Positions 40,755 through 50,519 of a DNA stretch of 64,000 nt are shown here, in pieces. Each line of letters opens with the position of its first letter. Position 1 is the first letter of the stretch. Source of the stretch: Spirochaetota bacterium (GTDB lineage: Bacteria > Spirochaetota > JAAYUW01 > JAOAHJ01); the NCBI GenBank assembly GCA_026415295.1, contig JAOAHJ010000028.1:2964-66963 (forward strand). The letters are read 5' to 3'. The notes beneath the pieces are model-generated. The model was not told the origin of the DNA, ran no database searches, and saw only the letters and a list, made by a program, of their open reading frames with translations. The position numbers were made by a program, and so were the translations under genes.

Positions 40755-42092
40755 TTACATTTTAAAATTTTCAAAGTTTTTCATCATATCTTCCATACTT
40801 CTTTTTGATACCTTACCCATCATTTTCTTAAGATTATTAAAATCTTTAATTAATTGCTCAATATCAAAAAGTTTAACTCCTGCTCCCTTAGATATTCTCT
40901 TTTTTCTAGAAGGATTATTCATTACAAGTAAAGGATTTTCTCTCTCTTTTTTTGTCATAGATTGTATTATATATTTATATTTTAATAATTTTTGTGTTTG
41001 TTTATCAAATAAAGATTTATCAACATTCGCTGCACCTGGAATCATAGAAATTATGTTTTCTAAAGGTCCCATTTTTGTCATTCCTTCGATCTGTTCAAGC
41101 ATATCTCCAAAGTCAAACTCATTTTTCTTTATCTTTTTTTCAAGTTTTTTAGCTTGTTCTTCTGAATAGACTTTCTCTGCTTTCTCAACTAAAGTTAAAA
41201 TATCTCCCATTCCTATTATTCTTTGACTTATTCTATCTGGGTAAAATTTCTCAAGCTCATTAATTTTTTCACCAATACCTACAAAAGCAATTGGAACATC
41301 TGCTATCATCTTTACAGATAGTGCAGCTCCACCTCTTGTATCAGAATCAAATTTTGTTAATATTAATTTTGTAATTTTAACATATTTTTTAAATTCCTTT
41401 GCAACATCAGCAGCAACCTGTCCTGTCATTGAATCAACAACAAGAATAGTTTCATCTGGTTTAACTTCCTTTTCAATCCTTTTTAGTTCTTCCATCAGTT
41501 CTTTATCCACTTGAAGTCTACCAGCTGTATCAATGATAATAAGATTATATCCATTTTTAATGGCATATTTAATAGCTGATTTTGCAATATTTTCAGGAGA
41601 CATATTTTTTTGAGAATAAGTTTCAACACCTATGCTCTGACCTAATATTTTTAACTGTTCTATTGCAGCAGGTCTATATATATCGCATGCAACAAGTAAA
41701 GGTCTTCTCGATTCTTTATAAAAATTTGCAAGTTTTGCTGCTATTGTAGTTTTACCAGATCCCTGAAGTCCTGCAAGTAATAAAACAGAAACCTCTTGAG
41801 GGGACTTTAACTTCAAATCTTTGTAATCATCTCCTAATAATTTCTTCAACTCTTCATAAACTATACTTATAAATTTTTCTCTAACTGTTAGACTTTTAAT
41901 TACTTTTTCACCTAATGCTTTCACTTTTACTTTATTTAAAAATTCATCTACTACATACAAGTTAACATCAGCTTCAACAAGAACACTTCTTAATTCTTCT
42001 ATTGCTTCTTTAATATTTGATTCTGTTATTACCTTTTTCCCTAATAATGAATTAAAAATATTTGAAATACCTTTTGAAAGTGATTCTAACAT
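40755..42092 (-). CDS. ffh: Signal recognition particle protein Ffh (SRP54)
   Basis: N, G (GLQGSGKTT, DTAGR, TKFDSDTRGG) and Met-rich M domain. Confidence 0.9.
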   Translation of the reverse strand: MLESLSKGISNIFNSLLGKKVITESNIKEAIEELRSVLVEADVNLYVVDEFLNKVKVKALGEKVIKSLTVREKFISIVYEELKKLLGDDYKDLKLKSPQEVSVLLLAGLQGSGKTTIAAKLANFYKESRRPLLVACDIYRPAAIEQLKILGQSIGVETYSQKNMSPENIAKSAIKYAIKNGYNLIIIDTAGRLQVDKELMEELKRIEKEVKPDETILVVDSMTGQVAADVAKEFKKYVKITKLILTKFDSDTRGGAALSVKMIADVPIAFVGIGEKINELEKFYPDRISQRIIGMGDILTLVEKAEKVYSEEQAKKLEKKIKKNEFDFGDMLEQIEGMTKMGPLENIISMIPGAANVDKSLFDKQTQKLLKYKYIIQSMTKKERENPLLVMNNPSRKKRISKGAGVKLFDIEQLIKDFNNLKKMMGKVSKRSMEDMMKNFENFKM

Positions 42093-42189
42093 ATTAAAAC
42101 CTCTACTTTATAAAAATAAAATTATTTTCATATTTTTTATTGCTTTTATTATTAATTAAAGAAATTTTATTTAGCTATCACATTTAAAA

Positions 42190-43320
42190 TTATTTATTTA
42201 ACTTATTTTTTTCAATCACATTAATTAATCCTAAAACAATATTATAATTTACAAAATTTTTATCAATCTGCTTTAAAAAATAATAACTATTTTTAAAATC
42301 TGGTGGGTTTTTATAAAAATAAGAGTACCCAAGAATATAAAAAAAATAATTTTTAAACCTACTATTTGAAATAACATTTAAATAATCCTTACTAAATTCA
42401 ACTATTTTTTGAAACTCGTTTTTAATAAAATAAACTCTTAATATTATAATTAAAAATTTATCAAGATCTTCTTCATCAAAATTATTATTATAGATAAAAT
42501 TTAATGCTTCCTCAAAGTTTGATAGAGATACAAATTCATTTTGAGCTAAAATATGAATCTTTGCAAGCATATATGATGAATAAAAAAATATTTTCCCTTC
42601 AAAATATTGAATATTCTGTAATTTAATAGATTGTTCATAACTTATATTTTTTTCAATCTTTTTAAAATCCTTTTCTAGCTTTTTATAAGAATAAATCTTA
42701 TCTTTAAAATTATTAAAATAATCTTTTAGCAAAGTAAAATAAGAGGAACTTAAGGAGAAGTTCCCAGTCAAATAATAATAAATACCAAGATAAAATAAAT
42801 AAGAAATATTTAAATTTTCAATATCTAAAGAGGTGTTTAAATTATTTATTTCTGAATCTTTTAGAGATAAAAATATATTATTATTAAAAAAATAAAAAAT
42901 TCTATTTGTAAAATAGTTTTTAAAATATTGCGAATTTTCAGAAATAGGACCTAGATTCACTTCTTTATTTATATTTATAGAATCCAAAAGTTTAAAATTT
43001 AGACTATATTTTATAACAATATTTAAATCCCTTACATTGAATATTATATTTGAATTGCCATATTTCTTTATTTTAATTACAAATATAGTAGAATCATATG
43101 AATCAATAACCTTTTTTATTTCAAAATAATTTGAATCCAAAACATCAACAGTTGCATTTAAATAATTAATAAAGATAAAAAACTCTTCATTTTCATTTTT
43201 ATAAAATTCAACATTTATATCATAATTTATAAAATTAGATTTATTTTGGGCAAGAAGATTAAAAGGCAAAAATATAAATAATACTTCTAGAACAATAATT
43301 ATAAATGTTTTGTAATTCAT
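42190..43320 (-). CDS. Hypothetical secreted protein, N/Y/F-rich (possible TPR-like C-terminal half)
   Basis: Signal peptide ...LLAQ; no catalytic motifs. Confidence 0.35.
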   Translation of the reverse strand: MNYKTFIIIVLEVLFIFLPFNLLAQNKSNFINYDINVEFYKNENEEFFIFINYLNATVDVLDSNYFEIKKVIDSYDSTIFVIKIKKYGNSNIIFNVRDLNIVIKYSLNFKLLDSININKEVNLGPISENSQYFKNYFTNRIFYFFNNNIFLSLKDSEINNLNTSLDIENLNISYLFYLGIYYYLTGNFSLSSSYFTLLKDYFNNFKDKIYSYKKLEKDFKKIEKNISYEQSIKLQNIQYFEGKIFFYSSYMLAKIHILAQNEFVSLSNFEEALNFIYNNNFDEEDLDKFLIIILRVYFIKNEFQKIVEFSKDYLNVISNSRFKNYFFYILGYSYFYKNPPDFKNSYYFLKQIDKNFVNYNIVLGLINVIEKNKLNK

Positions 43321-43349
43321 AAAAATTAATTATTTTATAATAAAAAAAC

Positions 43350-43736
43350 TTATTCACTTAATAAAAAAATAAGAGTTTTTCTAATTAAATAATCTGGAAA
43401 GTAATAAAAATTTATATTATTTCCAAAATCTGTAAAGGTAAAAGCATTTTTTATTTTTTCTTTTTCGAGAGTATATTTTGTTTCTATATTAAACTTTTCA
43501 ATCAAATATTCTTTGCTATAATCAATAAAAACTATTGGTTCTGAAAGTATAATTTTTTCAACTCTCTTACTTTCTTTTACTTTTAAAGCTTTATTTTTAA
43601 TACTTTTTGCAATTAAAAAGTTTATAAGAAATGTAATAAAAAAAATAGAAACAAATAAAATGATTAATATACCATAATATTTTCTTAAAAGTTCTAGAAA
43701 TTCTTGAAATATACTTTTTTCTTTTTTTTCATCCAT
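43350..43736 (-). CDS. Hypothetical single-pass membrane protein
   Basis: One N-terminal TM helix, 128 aa; 7 nt downstream of smc stop. Confidence 0.3.
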   Translation of the reverse strand: MDEKKEKSIFQEFLELLRKYYGILIILFVSIFFITFLINFLIAKSIKNKALKVKESKRVEKIILSEPIVFIDYSKEYLIEKFNIETKYTLEKEKIKNAFTFTDFGNNINFYYFPDYLIRKTLIFLLSE

Positions 43737-43743
43737 AAAAAAT

Positions 43744-46500
43744 CTACTTTATTTTTTCTAGTTTAGCTGAAACTACCTTTGAAACACCACTTTCTTCCAT
43801 TGTTATTCCATACAATATATCAGCAATTTCAAGAGTTATTTTATTATGAGATATAATAATAAATTGGGTATCTTTAGAAAATTCAATTAAAAGTTTTTTA
43901 AACCTTTCTACATTTATTTCATCTAAAGCTGCATCAACTTCATCCATAATACAAAATGGAGAAGGTCTATATAAAAACAAAGCAAATAAAAGAGAGATAG
44001 CACTCATAGTTTTTTCACCCCCTGATAATAAATTTAAATAATTAACTTTTTTACCAGGTGGTTGAATTTTTATGTCGACTCCTGTCTCAAGAATGTTTTC
44101 AGGATTGGTTAAAATCAATGAAGCTTCCCCACCTCCAAAAACATTTTTAAAAATCATTTTAAAATTTTTATTTACTTCATCAAAAGTTTTTAAAAAAGTC
44201 TTTGAAAGCTCATCATTCAACTTAGAGATAACTTTTTGAATATCTTCTATCGACTTAAGAATATCATTTTTCTGCTCTGTCAAAAAATCATATCTTTTTT
44301 TTACCTCTTCATACTCATCTATAGCTAAAAGATTAACTTCTCCAATTTCTTCAAGTTTTATTTGTGCATCTTTAATATTTTTTCTTAAAGTAGCTTCACT
44401 TTCAATCGAGAAATCCTCATAATTTAATATAGAAATATCCTCCCTGTAATTTTCAAAAAAAATTGTCCTTAAAGTTTCCAGTTGTGTTTCAAGTTTTGCT
44501 TTTGAAGATACAAAACTATTAATAGTGTCATTAAATTTTCTCTTTTCTTCAAAAAGTTCATTAAATTGTTTTTGAAGAAATAATAACTCATTAGATAATT
44601 TGTCTATTTCAGTTTCCATTTGTTTTATATTTTTATCAATAGAATTTTTTTCTTCAAGGAGTTTTTCTCTATTTTTAATTGTTTGTAAAACTTTCTCTTT
44701 TGACTCCTGTAATTTGTTATTCAAATTTGATATTTCAGAATTAGTATTTTCTATTTGATAATTTATTTCAATTATCTCTTTTTTATACTTTTCCCTCTGG
44801 TTTCTAATATTCTTTACTCTTTCCATAATAGTAGAAAGTTTAATTTGAATATTTGATTTTTCTATAAGAAACATCTCTTTTAACTTAGTTATATTCTTCA
44901 ACTCTTCATCATAATTTTTAATATTTTTTTTAATACCTTCATGTTTTTTATTTAAATCATTTAAAATTTCTATTATTTCCTCTCTTTTTTTAAAAGAACT
45001 ACTATCTGAAAATAAAAGATTTTCACCTTCATTAAACAAATAATAATGATTATCTAATGTATTAAAAAGTTCTTCAAGAGAAATATAGATATTATTTAAT
45101 TCTTCTATTGTTTTTGTTATTAGATCTCCAGATATATTTTTATTTAAATTTTTGATATCTTGAAAAAATTGTAATTTGTTCTTTAACTTAATTTTTATTA
45201 AGTTTAATTTATCAAATTCATTTTTAAAAAAATTTTTTTCATTTTTAAAGTTCAATTCCAATTTATAAATAATTTTATTTATATCTTCTACTTGCTGAGT
45301 TACAATATCTCTCTCTTTTTTTGAGTATTCATTAATCTGATTTTCTATACTTTTTTCTTCTTCTTTTAATTTCTCCATTTCACTTGTTTTTGCACTAATT
45401 TCTGAATTTATATCACTTATTTTTAATTCATACTCATCAAGCCTCAATTTTAAACTTTCTATATTTCCTTCTTCATCCTCTATATCCATTAAAATCAATT
45501 CTTCAAGCTCTGTTTTTTTACTTTGATAAATTTTTAAGTTATTAATTTTATTGTTTAACTGATTTTGCAAATCATCAATTATACTTCTATAAAAACCAAT
45601 CGTGTTTTCTGCAGTCGTAATTTCTCCATCGATTTTAATAACCAATTCTCTTTGAGAAATTATCTTTTTACCAATGTTTTCTATTTGATCTTTTTTTTCT
45701 TTAGAGATAGCTTCAAGATATTCTATTTTTTCTTTTAATTCATTATTTTTCTTTTCAAAATTATTATACTCATCTTCAAGATCTTTAAGCTCTCTCAAAG
45801 TCGTAAAATATTTTTTTATAAACAATTTTTTTTCAGAATCACTTAATATATTTTTATACTCTTTAAATTTTTTTGCTTTTTCAGCTTGGGTATACAATCT
45901 GTCAAGTTCATTTTTTATTTCATTTAATAAAAGATCAATTTGCACTAAGTTTTCATTTGTTTTTTTTAATTTATTTATAGCTTCATCCCTTTCTTGTCTA
46001 TTTTTTTTAATATTCGCAGCTTCTTCAATAATAGCCCTTTTCTCCTCAGGTTTAGATGAAATTATGGTTTCTACATTTCCTTGAGCTATTATAGAATAAT
46101 CAGATGAAGTTATCCCATTTTGAAGATAAAATTTTTCCAACTCTTTAATAGTTACCTGCCTGTTGTTAATATATACTTCAAACTCGCCTGATTGATATAA
46201 CCTTTTTTTAATTTTATATTCTTCTAATTCAATTCCACTATCATTTGAAAATATTAATTCTACTTCAGCAAATCCAGCTTGACTCCTTGTATCACTACCT
46301 TTAAAAATTAAGTCCTGTTTTTCTCTAGCTCTTAAAATTTTTAAACCACTTTTTTGAAACATCCATAATATCGCATCTACAATATTACTCTTGCCACAAC
46401 CATTTGGACCTACTAAAGCTATAATTTGTTTATCAAAAAGCAAAGAAACTTTATCAGCAAATGACTTAAAACCATAAATGTTAATTTTAGATAACTTCAT
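43744..46500 (-). CDS. smc: Chromosome partition protein SMC (short form, 918 aa)
   Basis: Walker A GPNGCGKSN at N-terminus, long coiled coils, C-terminal LSGGEKTMSAISLLFALF signature and Walker B IMDEVDAALD. Confidence 0.75.
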   Translation of the reverse strand: MKLSKINIYGFKSFADKVSLLFDKQIIALVGPNGCGKSNIVDAILWMFQKSGLKILRAREKQDLIFKGSDTRSQAGFAEVELIFSNDSGIELEEYKIKKRLYQSGEFEVYINNRQVTIKELEKFYLQNGITSSDYSIIAQGNVETIISSKPEEKRAIIEEAANIKKNRQERDEAINKLKKTNENLVQIDLLLNEIKNELDRLYTQAEKAKKFKEYKNILSDSEKKLFIKKYFTTLRELKDLEDEYNNFEKKNNELKEKIEYLEAISKEKKDQIENIGKKIISQRELVIKIDGEITTAENTIGFYRSIIDDLQNQLNNKINNLKIYQSKKTELEELILMDIEDEEGNIESLKLRLDEYELKISDINSEISAKTSEMEKLKEEEKSIENQINEYSKKERDIVTQQVEDINKIIYKLELNFKNEKNFFKNEFDKLNLIKIKLKNKLQFFQDIKNLNKNISGDLITKTIEELNNIYISLEELFNTLDNHYYLFNEGENLLFSDSSSFKKREEIIEILNDLNKKHEGIKKNIKNYDEELKNITKLKEMFLIEKSNIQIKLSTIMERVKNIRNQREKYKKEIIEINYQIENTNSEISNLNNKLQESKEKVLQTIKNREKLLEEKNSIDKNIKQMETEIDKLSNELLFLQKQFNELFEEKRKFNDTINSFVSSKAKLETQLETLRTIFFENYREDISILNYEDFSIESEATLRKNIKDAQIKLEEIGEVNLLAIDEYEEVKKRYDFLTEQKNDILKSIEDIQKVISKLNDELSKTFLKTFDEVNKNFKMIFKNVFGGGEASLILTNPENILETGVDIKIQPPGKKVNYLNLLSGGEKTMSAISLLFALFLYRPSPFCIMDEVDAALDEINVERFKKLLIEFSKDTQFIIISHNKITLEIADILYGITMEESGVSKVVSAKLEKIK

Positions 46501-46546
46501 TTAAATTTCCTGGCTAGAATTATTAATTTTTTCAATATTTTATTAA

Positions 46547-49045
46547 CTAATAAATTTTTTCTATAATATCTTCAAAACTTAAATCTGTAAAACTTATAGA
46601 TTGTATACCAAATGATATAACAAACTTAAAATAATAACTATTTTTTAATGAATCATAAAAATAATTACCACTTAAATTTAAATATCCAAAAAAATCATGA
46701 AAATCTCTTTTAATTCCAATTGAAATATAATTTAATTTAAAATAAGAAATAATTCTATCATTAATATTAAAAAAATTAAATGATCTAAATAAATCAATCA
46801 TCAGATCAATTAAATTATTATAAGTATAAAATTTTTCATTAGAAGAGTTTATTGAAACATTCATATTAAATTTATCTTGAAAATTAACATTTAATACAAA
46901 AAGATTTGTAAATTTTGTATCTAGTTTGTCAATTAAATTTTGATAAAATCCTACTGTATTAGAAATATTTACTTTTAAATTATAAAAATTAAAATTATAT
47001 AAATTTATTCTTAATAAATAATTATTATAAATAAAAAGATTATAAAAAATTGAATATTCTCCATTATAAGAAAGATTAATCAATCTAGATGGATTAAAAA
47101 TCAAACTATATTTTATATTAGACACCCTTTTTAAATTAAAGGAAAATAAATTTTTTGTTTCACTATCATATAAATTTATAAAATTTGAAATATTTATAAT
47201 AATTAAATTATACAATAAATTTATATTTAAAGAATTATTAATTATTGAACTTTTCCATCCATTTTGATCTTCAATATAAAACATTTTTATATAGTTAGTA
47301 GTATAACTTGAGTTTAATTTAATAAAATCTAAATTTATTAAAAAATTAGATGATAAATTAAAATTATAATAACTATTTTTACTATTTATAGTGTTTGTTT
47401 TAAAATCAATCGAATCATTTAAACTTAAAGAATTTAAAATCGTTAAATTAATATTAAATAATTTTAGAATATCTAATTTAAAGTTAAATGGGATATTTAA
47501 ACTAGTCTGCTTGTAACCAGATATCTTTTCTTCATTGGAATTATAAATTTCACTATATGAAGTTACCCCAGAAATATTCGTTGAAAAATAAAAAAAGCTG
47601 AGATTAAAATTTATTAGATTCATATTTATATTAAAATTATATAAATTAAAAAAATATTTAAAATATTTAAGGTATCCTGGAGTATAAATATATAATGGAT
47701 CTTTAATATAAGAAGATAAACCCAATTTTCCTGAATAAGAAACATTAATAAATCTGGTATTTAATAAAATATTTAAAGATTCTTCAAAGTTTGAAGTATA
47801 AGAAGGAAAAATAGAAGGGTAATATGTTCTTGCAAAATCTCCTATTTCAAATTTTAGCTTTCTTGTTCTTGTTAAAAAATCATAAGAAAAATATGGGTCT
47901 CCATAGTATTCAATATTCATATTTATATTTAGAATATTAAATATAGGATATGACAAATTTATCTTTCCTCCATATCTAAATATTCTTAATGGTTTGTCAA
48001 TATTTAATAAATTATTATATGGAGTCCACAAATCATATTCAGAGTTATAAAAAAGATATTGGGAATATGCAATTCCAAACAAAACTTTTATATTATTTGT
48101 ATTATAGTAAAATCCACTAAAGATCCCCAATTTTTCATAAATATCTAGAAAAAAACTAAGATCATTCTCAACAATATAAGTATTATAAAAGGTAAACCCC
48201 TCTCTTTTTTGATAGACGAAACCAAATTCTCCTGGGTAACCTATTCCAAAATCGAAATTTATGAAAATAGGTAACCAAAAAATAGGTGAAGAACCAACGT
48301 AAACTTTGTTATCAAAACTTAAAATAAGATTTTCTGAATAGAAAAAATTACTGCTTAATATATAATAGTGCATATTGATATTGTTGCATGTAGAAATTTT
48401 CAAATTTTCCCCACTAAAAGTTTTTCCAACTAGTTTATTTACGACCTCCCCTATTATCCATATATTGTCTAACTTCCCTCTAACATTGTAAAAAAAACCA
48501 GTTAAAGTTTTTAAATTAAAAAAAACTCTTGAAGCGTAATATATTGATTTATCATCTATAAAAACTACGTTTCCTTCTGCTATTAATTGCTGATTTTTTA
48601 AATCAAAAGTTAATTTATCTGCTGAAATTACTTTATTCTCAAAATATATATAAATATTGCCTAGCAATTTTACAATTGTAATATTTTCTTTTTCATGGTT
48701 TTCTGTAAAAAGATAATCAGCTTTTTTAATAATTAATAAATATTTTTCCTCAATGAAAATAGATTCTATTTCAAGGTTAAATACTTTAAATAAATCTAAC
48801 CTTAAAGATTTTATGTCTTTAGATATATCTAGCCCGTACATTTTAGCAATGCTTAAAATGTCTTCAGCATCACTATATAATATAAAAGCAATCAATTGTT
48901 GTTCAGTAAAATAATTGAGAATTGAAGTTGCTTCTTGAGCATATAAAAAAGATGAAAATAAAATAAAACACAAAAAAAAATCAATAATAAAAAAAGTAAT
49001 GATTTGAATAGTAATTAAAATTTTTTTATTTTTTAATTTTAACAT
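46547..49045 (-). CDS. Large outer-membrane protein with OstA/LptD-like N-terminal domain and Y/F/N-rich beta-rich body
   Basis: Signal peptide; N-terminal segment LLGNIYIYFENKVISADKLTFDLKNQQLIAEGNVVFIDD...FNLKTLTG resembles the OstA_N beta-jellyroll repeat; remainder has alternating aromatic pattern. Confidence 0.4.
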   Translation of the reverse strand: MLKLKNKKILITIQIITFFIIDFFLCFILFSSFLYAQEATSILNYFTEQQLIAFILYSDAEDILSIAKMYGLDISKDIKSLRLDLFKVFNLEIESIFIEEKYLLIIKKADYLFTENHEKENITIVKLLGNIYIYFENKVISADKLTFDLKNQQLIAEGNVVFIDDKSIYYASRVFFNLKTLTGFFYNVRGKLDNIWIIGEVVNKLVGKTFSGENLKISTCNNINMHYYILSSNFFYSENLILSFDNKVYVGSSPIFWLPIFINFDFGIGYPGEFGFVYQKREGFTFYNTYIVENDLSFFLDIYEKLGIFSGFYYNTNNIKVLFGIAYSQYLFYNSEYDLWTPYNNLLNIDKPLRIFRYGGKINLSYPIFNILNINMNIEYYGDPYFSYDFLTRTRKLKFEIGDFARTYYPSIFPSYTSNFEESLNILLNTRFINVSYSGKLGLSSYIKDPLYIYTPGYLKYFKYFFNLYNFNINMNLINFNLSFFYFSTNISGVTSYSEIYNSNEEKISGYKQTSLNIPFNFKLDILKLFNINLTILNSLSLNDSIDFKTNTINSKNSYYNFNLSSNFLINLDFIKLNSSYTTNYIKMFYIEDQNGWKSSIINNSLNINLLYNLIIINISNFINLYDSETKNLFSFNLKRVSNIKYSLIFNPSRLINLSYNGEYSIFYNLFIYNNYLLRINLYNFNFYNLKVNISNTVGFYQNLIDKLDTKFTNLFVLNVNFQDKFNMNVSINSSNEKFYTYNNLIDLMIDLFRSFNFFNINDRIISYFKLNYISIGIKRDFHDFFGYLNLSGNYFYDSLKNSYYFKFVISFGIQSISFTDLSFEDIIEKIY

Positions 49046-49046
49046 A

Positions 49047-49655
49047 CTAATTTTTAATTAAAACTATAATTAAAGCTATTAAAGAAACTATTAAAGAAAG
49101 AGTTGATAAATAAAATGGAATATTGTTATTTTCTAATTTACTTACTCTTTTATCAAGTTCAGCTAACTTTTCTTTAATTGTCTCAATTTCTAGTCTAAAT
49201 TCTTGAATCAATTCTTTAATTAACTTTGCATCCTCTTCTGTTATCATAGATCTCATCATAATAGTATTAATTATCTCATTTATTTCATCCATACTATTTG
49301 GTTTAGAAGTTGTTTTAATATCATAATTATTTTTTATCCATATGATTAAATTATATATAATCAATGCCATTTCATACCTTGTAATATTCCTATCTCCTTT
49401 GAAAGTACCATCTTTATATCCTTGAACAATATTTAATGAAAAAAGATATACTAAAGCTTGATAAGCCCAATGATCAGGAGGCACATCAGAAAAGAAACTT
49501 AGAGATGAACCTGAACTCTGACTAGTTTGATTTGTAGAACTTTGACTTGATTGTGCAAAAGAAGATATAGAAAAAAATAAAATAAAAACAATAACAAATA
49601 TAATATAATAAAAAAGATTTATCTTAACTTCATTAAATATTATCTTGTTACTCAT
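49047..49655 (-). CDS. SLH-domain / coiled-coil / C-terminal membrane-anchor protein (Thermotoga Ompalpha-like architecture)
   Basis: Signal peptide, Ser/Gln linker, SLH motif FSDVPPDHWAYQAL...GYKDGTFKGDRNITRYEMA, heptad-repeat segment, C-terminal TM LSTLSLIVSLIALIIVLI. Stop is 1 nt before the downstream OMP gene start. Confidence 0.55.
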   Translation of the reverse strand: MSNKIIFNEVKINLFYYIIFVIVFILFFSISSFAQSSQSSTNQTSQSSGSSLSFFSDVPPDHWAYQALVYLFSLNIVQGYKDGTFKGDRNITRYEMALIIYNLIIWIKNNYDIKTTSKPNSMDEINEIINTIMMRSMITEEDAKLIKELIQEFRLEIETIKEKLAELDKRVSKLENNNIPFYLSTLSLIVSLIALIIVLIKN

Positions 49656-49831
49656 AAAAATACCTCTTTACATTTTTGTATATTTCTTTGTTAAATTTAT
49701 TTATTTAATTATCTCTATTTTTTATTATCTAATTAATTTAATCATAAAATAATATTTTTTGTATAATTTTTATTGACTTTATTAAAAAATAAATAACAAT
49801 ATAATTATGAAATTTTTACAAGGAGTATTTA

Positions 49832-50386
49832 ATGAAAAAAAATCTTTTTTATTGTATTTTTTTTATTTTATTTCTATTAATTTCATCTTCTTTTGTAGCT
49901 TTAGCTCAAACTAACACAGAAAAATTTTTTGACTCCTATTACCAAAATGGACAAATGAGTATTTATGCCTCTGTAGGATGGTGGTGGGGACTAACTTTTT
50001 CTGGAGAAATTGAAATTATTTTAGGAGAATGGAATATTGCTGATTTTATGCCAATTGATTTTGGAATCTCAGGAAAAACTATTTTTGAAACTTGGAGTTG
50101 GTTTGGTTATTCTGAAACATATATAGGCTTAGCTCCACTTTTTATGATGCATACTGGAATAGCAGATATTGGAATTGACTATTACATTGGCCTTGGAGTA
50201 GGATTTGCTATATATAAAAGCTCTGATAACTATTATTATTTTTCTACCAGAAAACCATTTGAAATTGGCATTGCTACAACAAGTGGTGTTATTTATTATT
50301 TATCTAAAAATTTTGGATTAATATTAGAGTACTCTTATATTGGATGGGTTTCAATATGGGGTATTGGAATACAACTAAAATTATAA
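49832..50386 (+). CDS. Small secreted Gly/Trp/Tyr-rich protein (possible small beta-barrel OMP)
   Basis: Signal peptide ...ALAQ; alternating aromatic/Gly pattern. Confidence 0.3.
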   Translation: MKKNLFYCIFFILFLLISSSFVALAQTNTEKFFDSYYQNGQMSIYASVGWWWGLTFSGEIEIILGEWNIADFMPIDFGISGKTIFETWSWFGYSETYIGLAPLFMMHTGIADIGIDYYIGLGVGFAIYKSSDNYYYFSTRKPFEIGIATTSGVIYYLSKNFGLILEYSYIGWVSIWGIGIQLKL

Positions 50387-50394
50387 AACAAAAA

Positions 50395-50428
50395 TTAAAA
50401 AAAGGATTACTAAAGTAATCCTTTTTTT
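50395..50428. terminator. Bidirectional rho-independent terminator AGGATTAC-TAAA-GTAATCCT flanked by A-run and T-run
   Basis: Between convergent 49832..50386 (+) and uvrA (-). Confidence 0.55.
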
Positions 50429-50519
50429 ATAGTATTTATTTTATTAAAAACTAAGAACTTTTATTATTGAAAATCTAAATAATAATAGTTTAAGATTAGA
50501 ATGATTAGAAATAGGTAAA

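Noticed and set aside
46547-49045. Calling the 832-aa protein definitively LptD
   Set aside because: Only the N-terminal ~90 aa resemble OstA_N, and the rest is compositionally extreme. I kept it as LptD-like or OMP with moderate confidence rather than assigning lptD.
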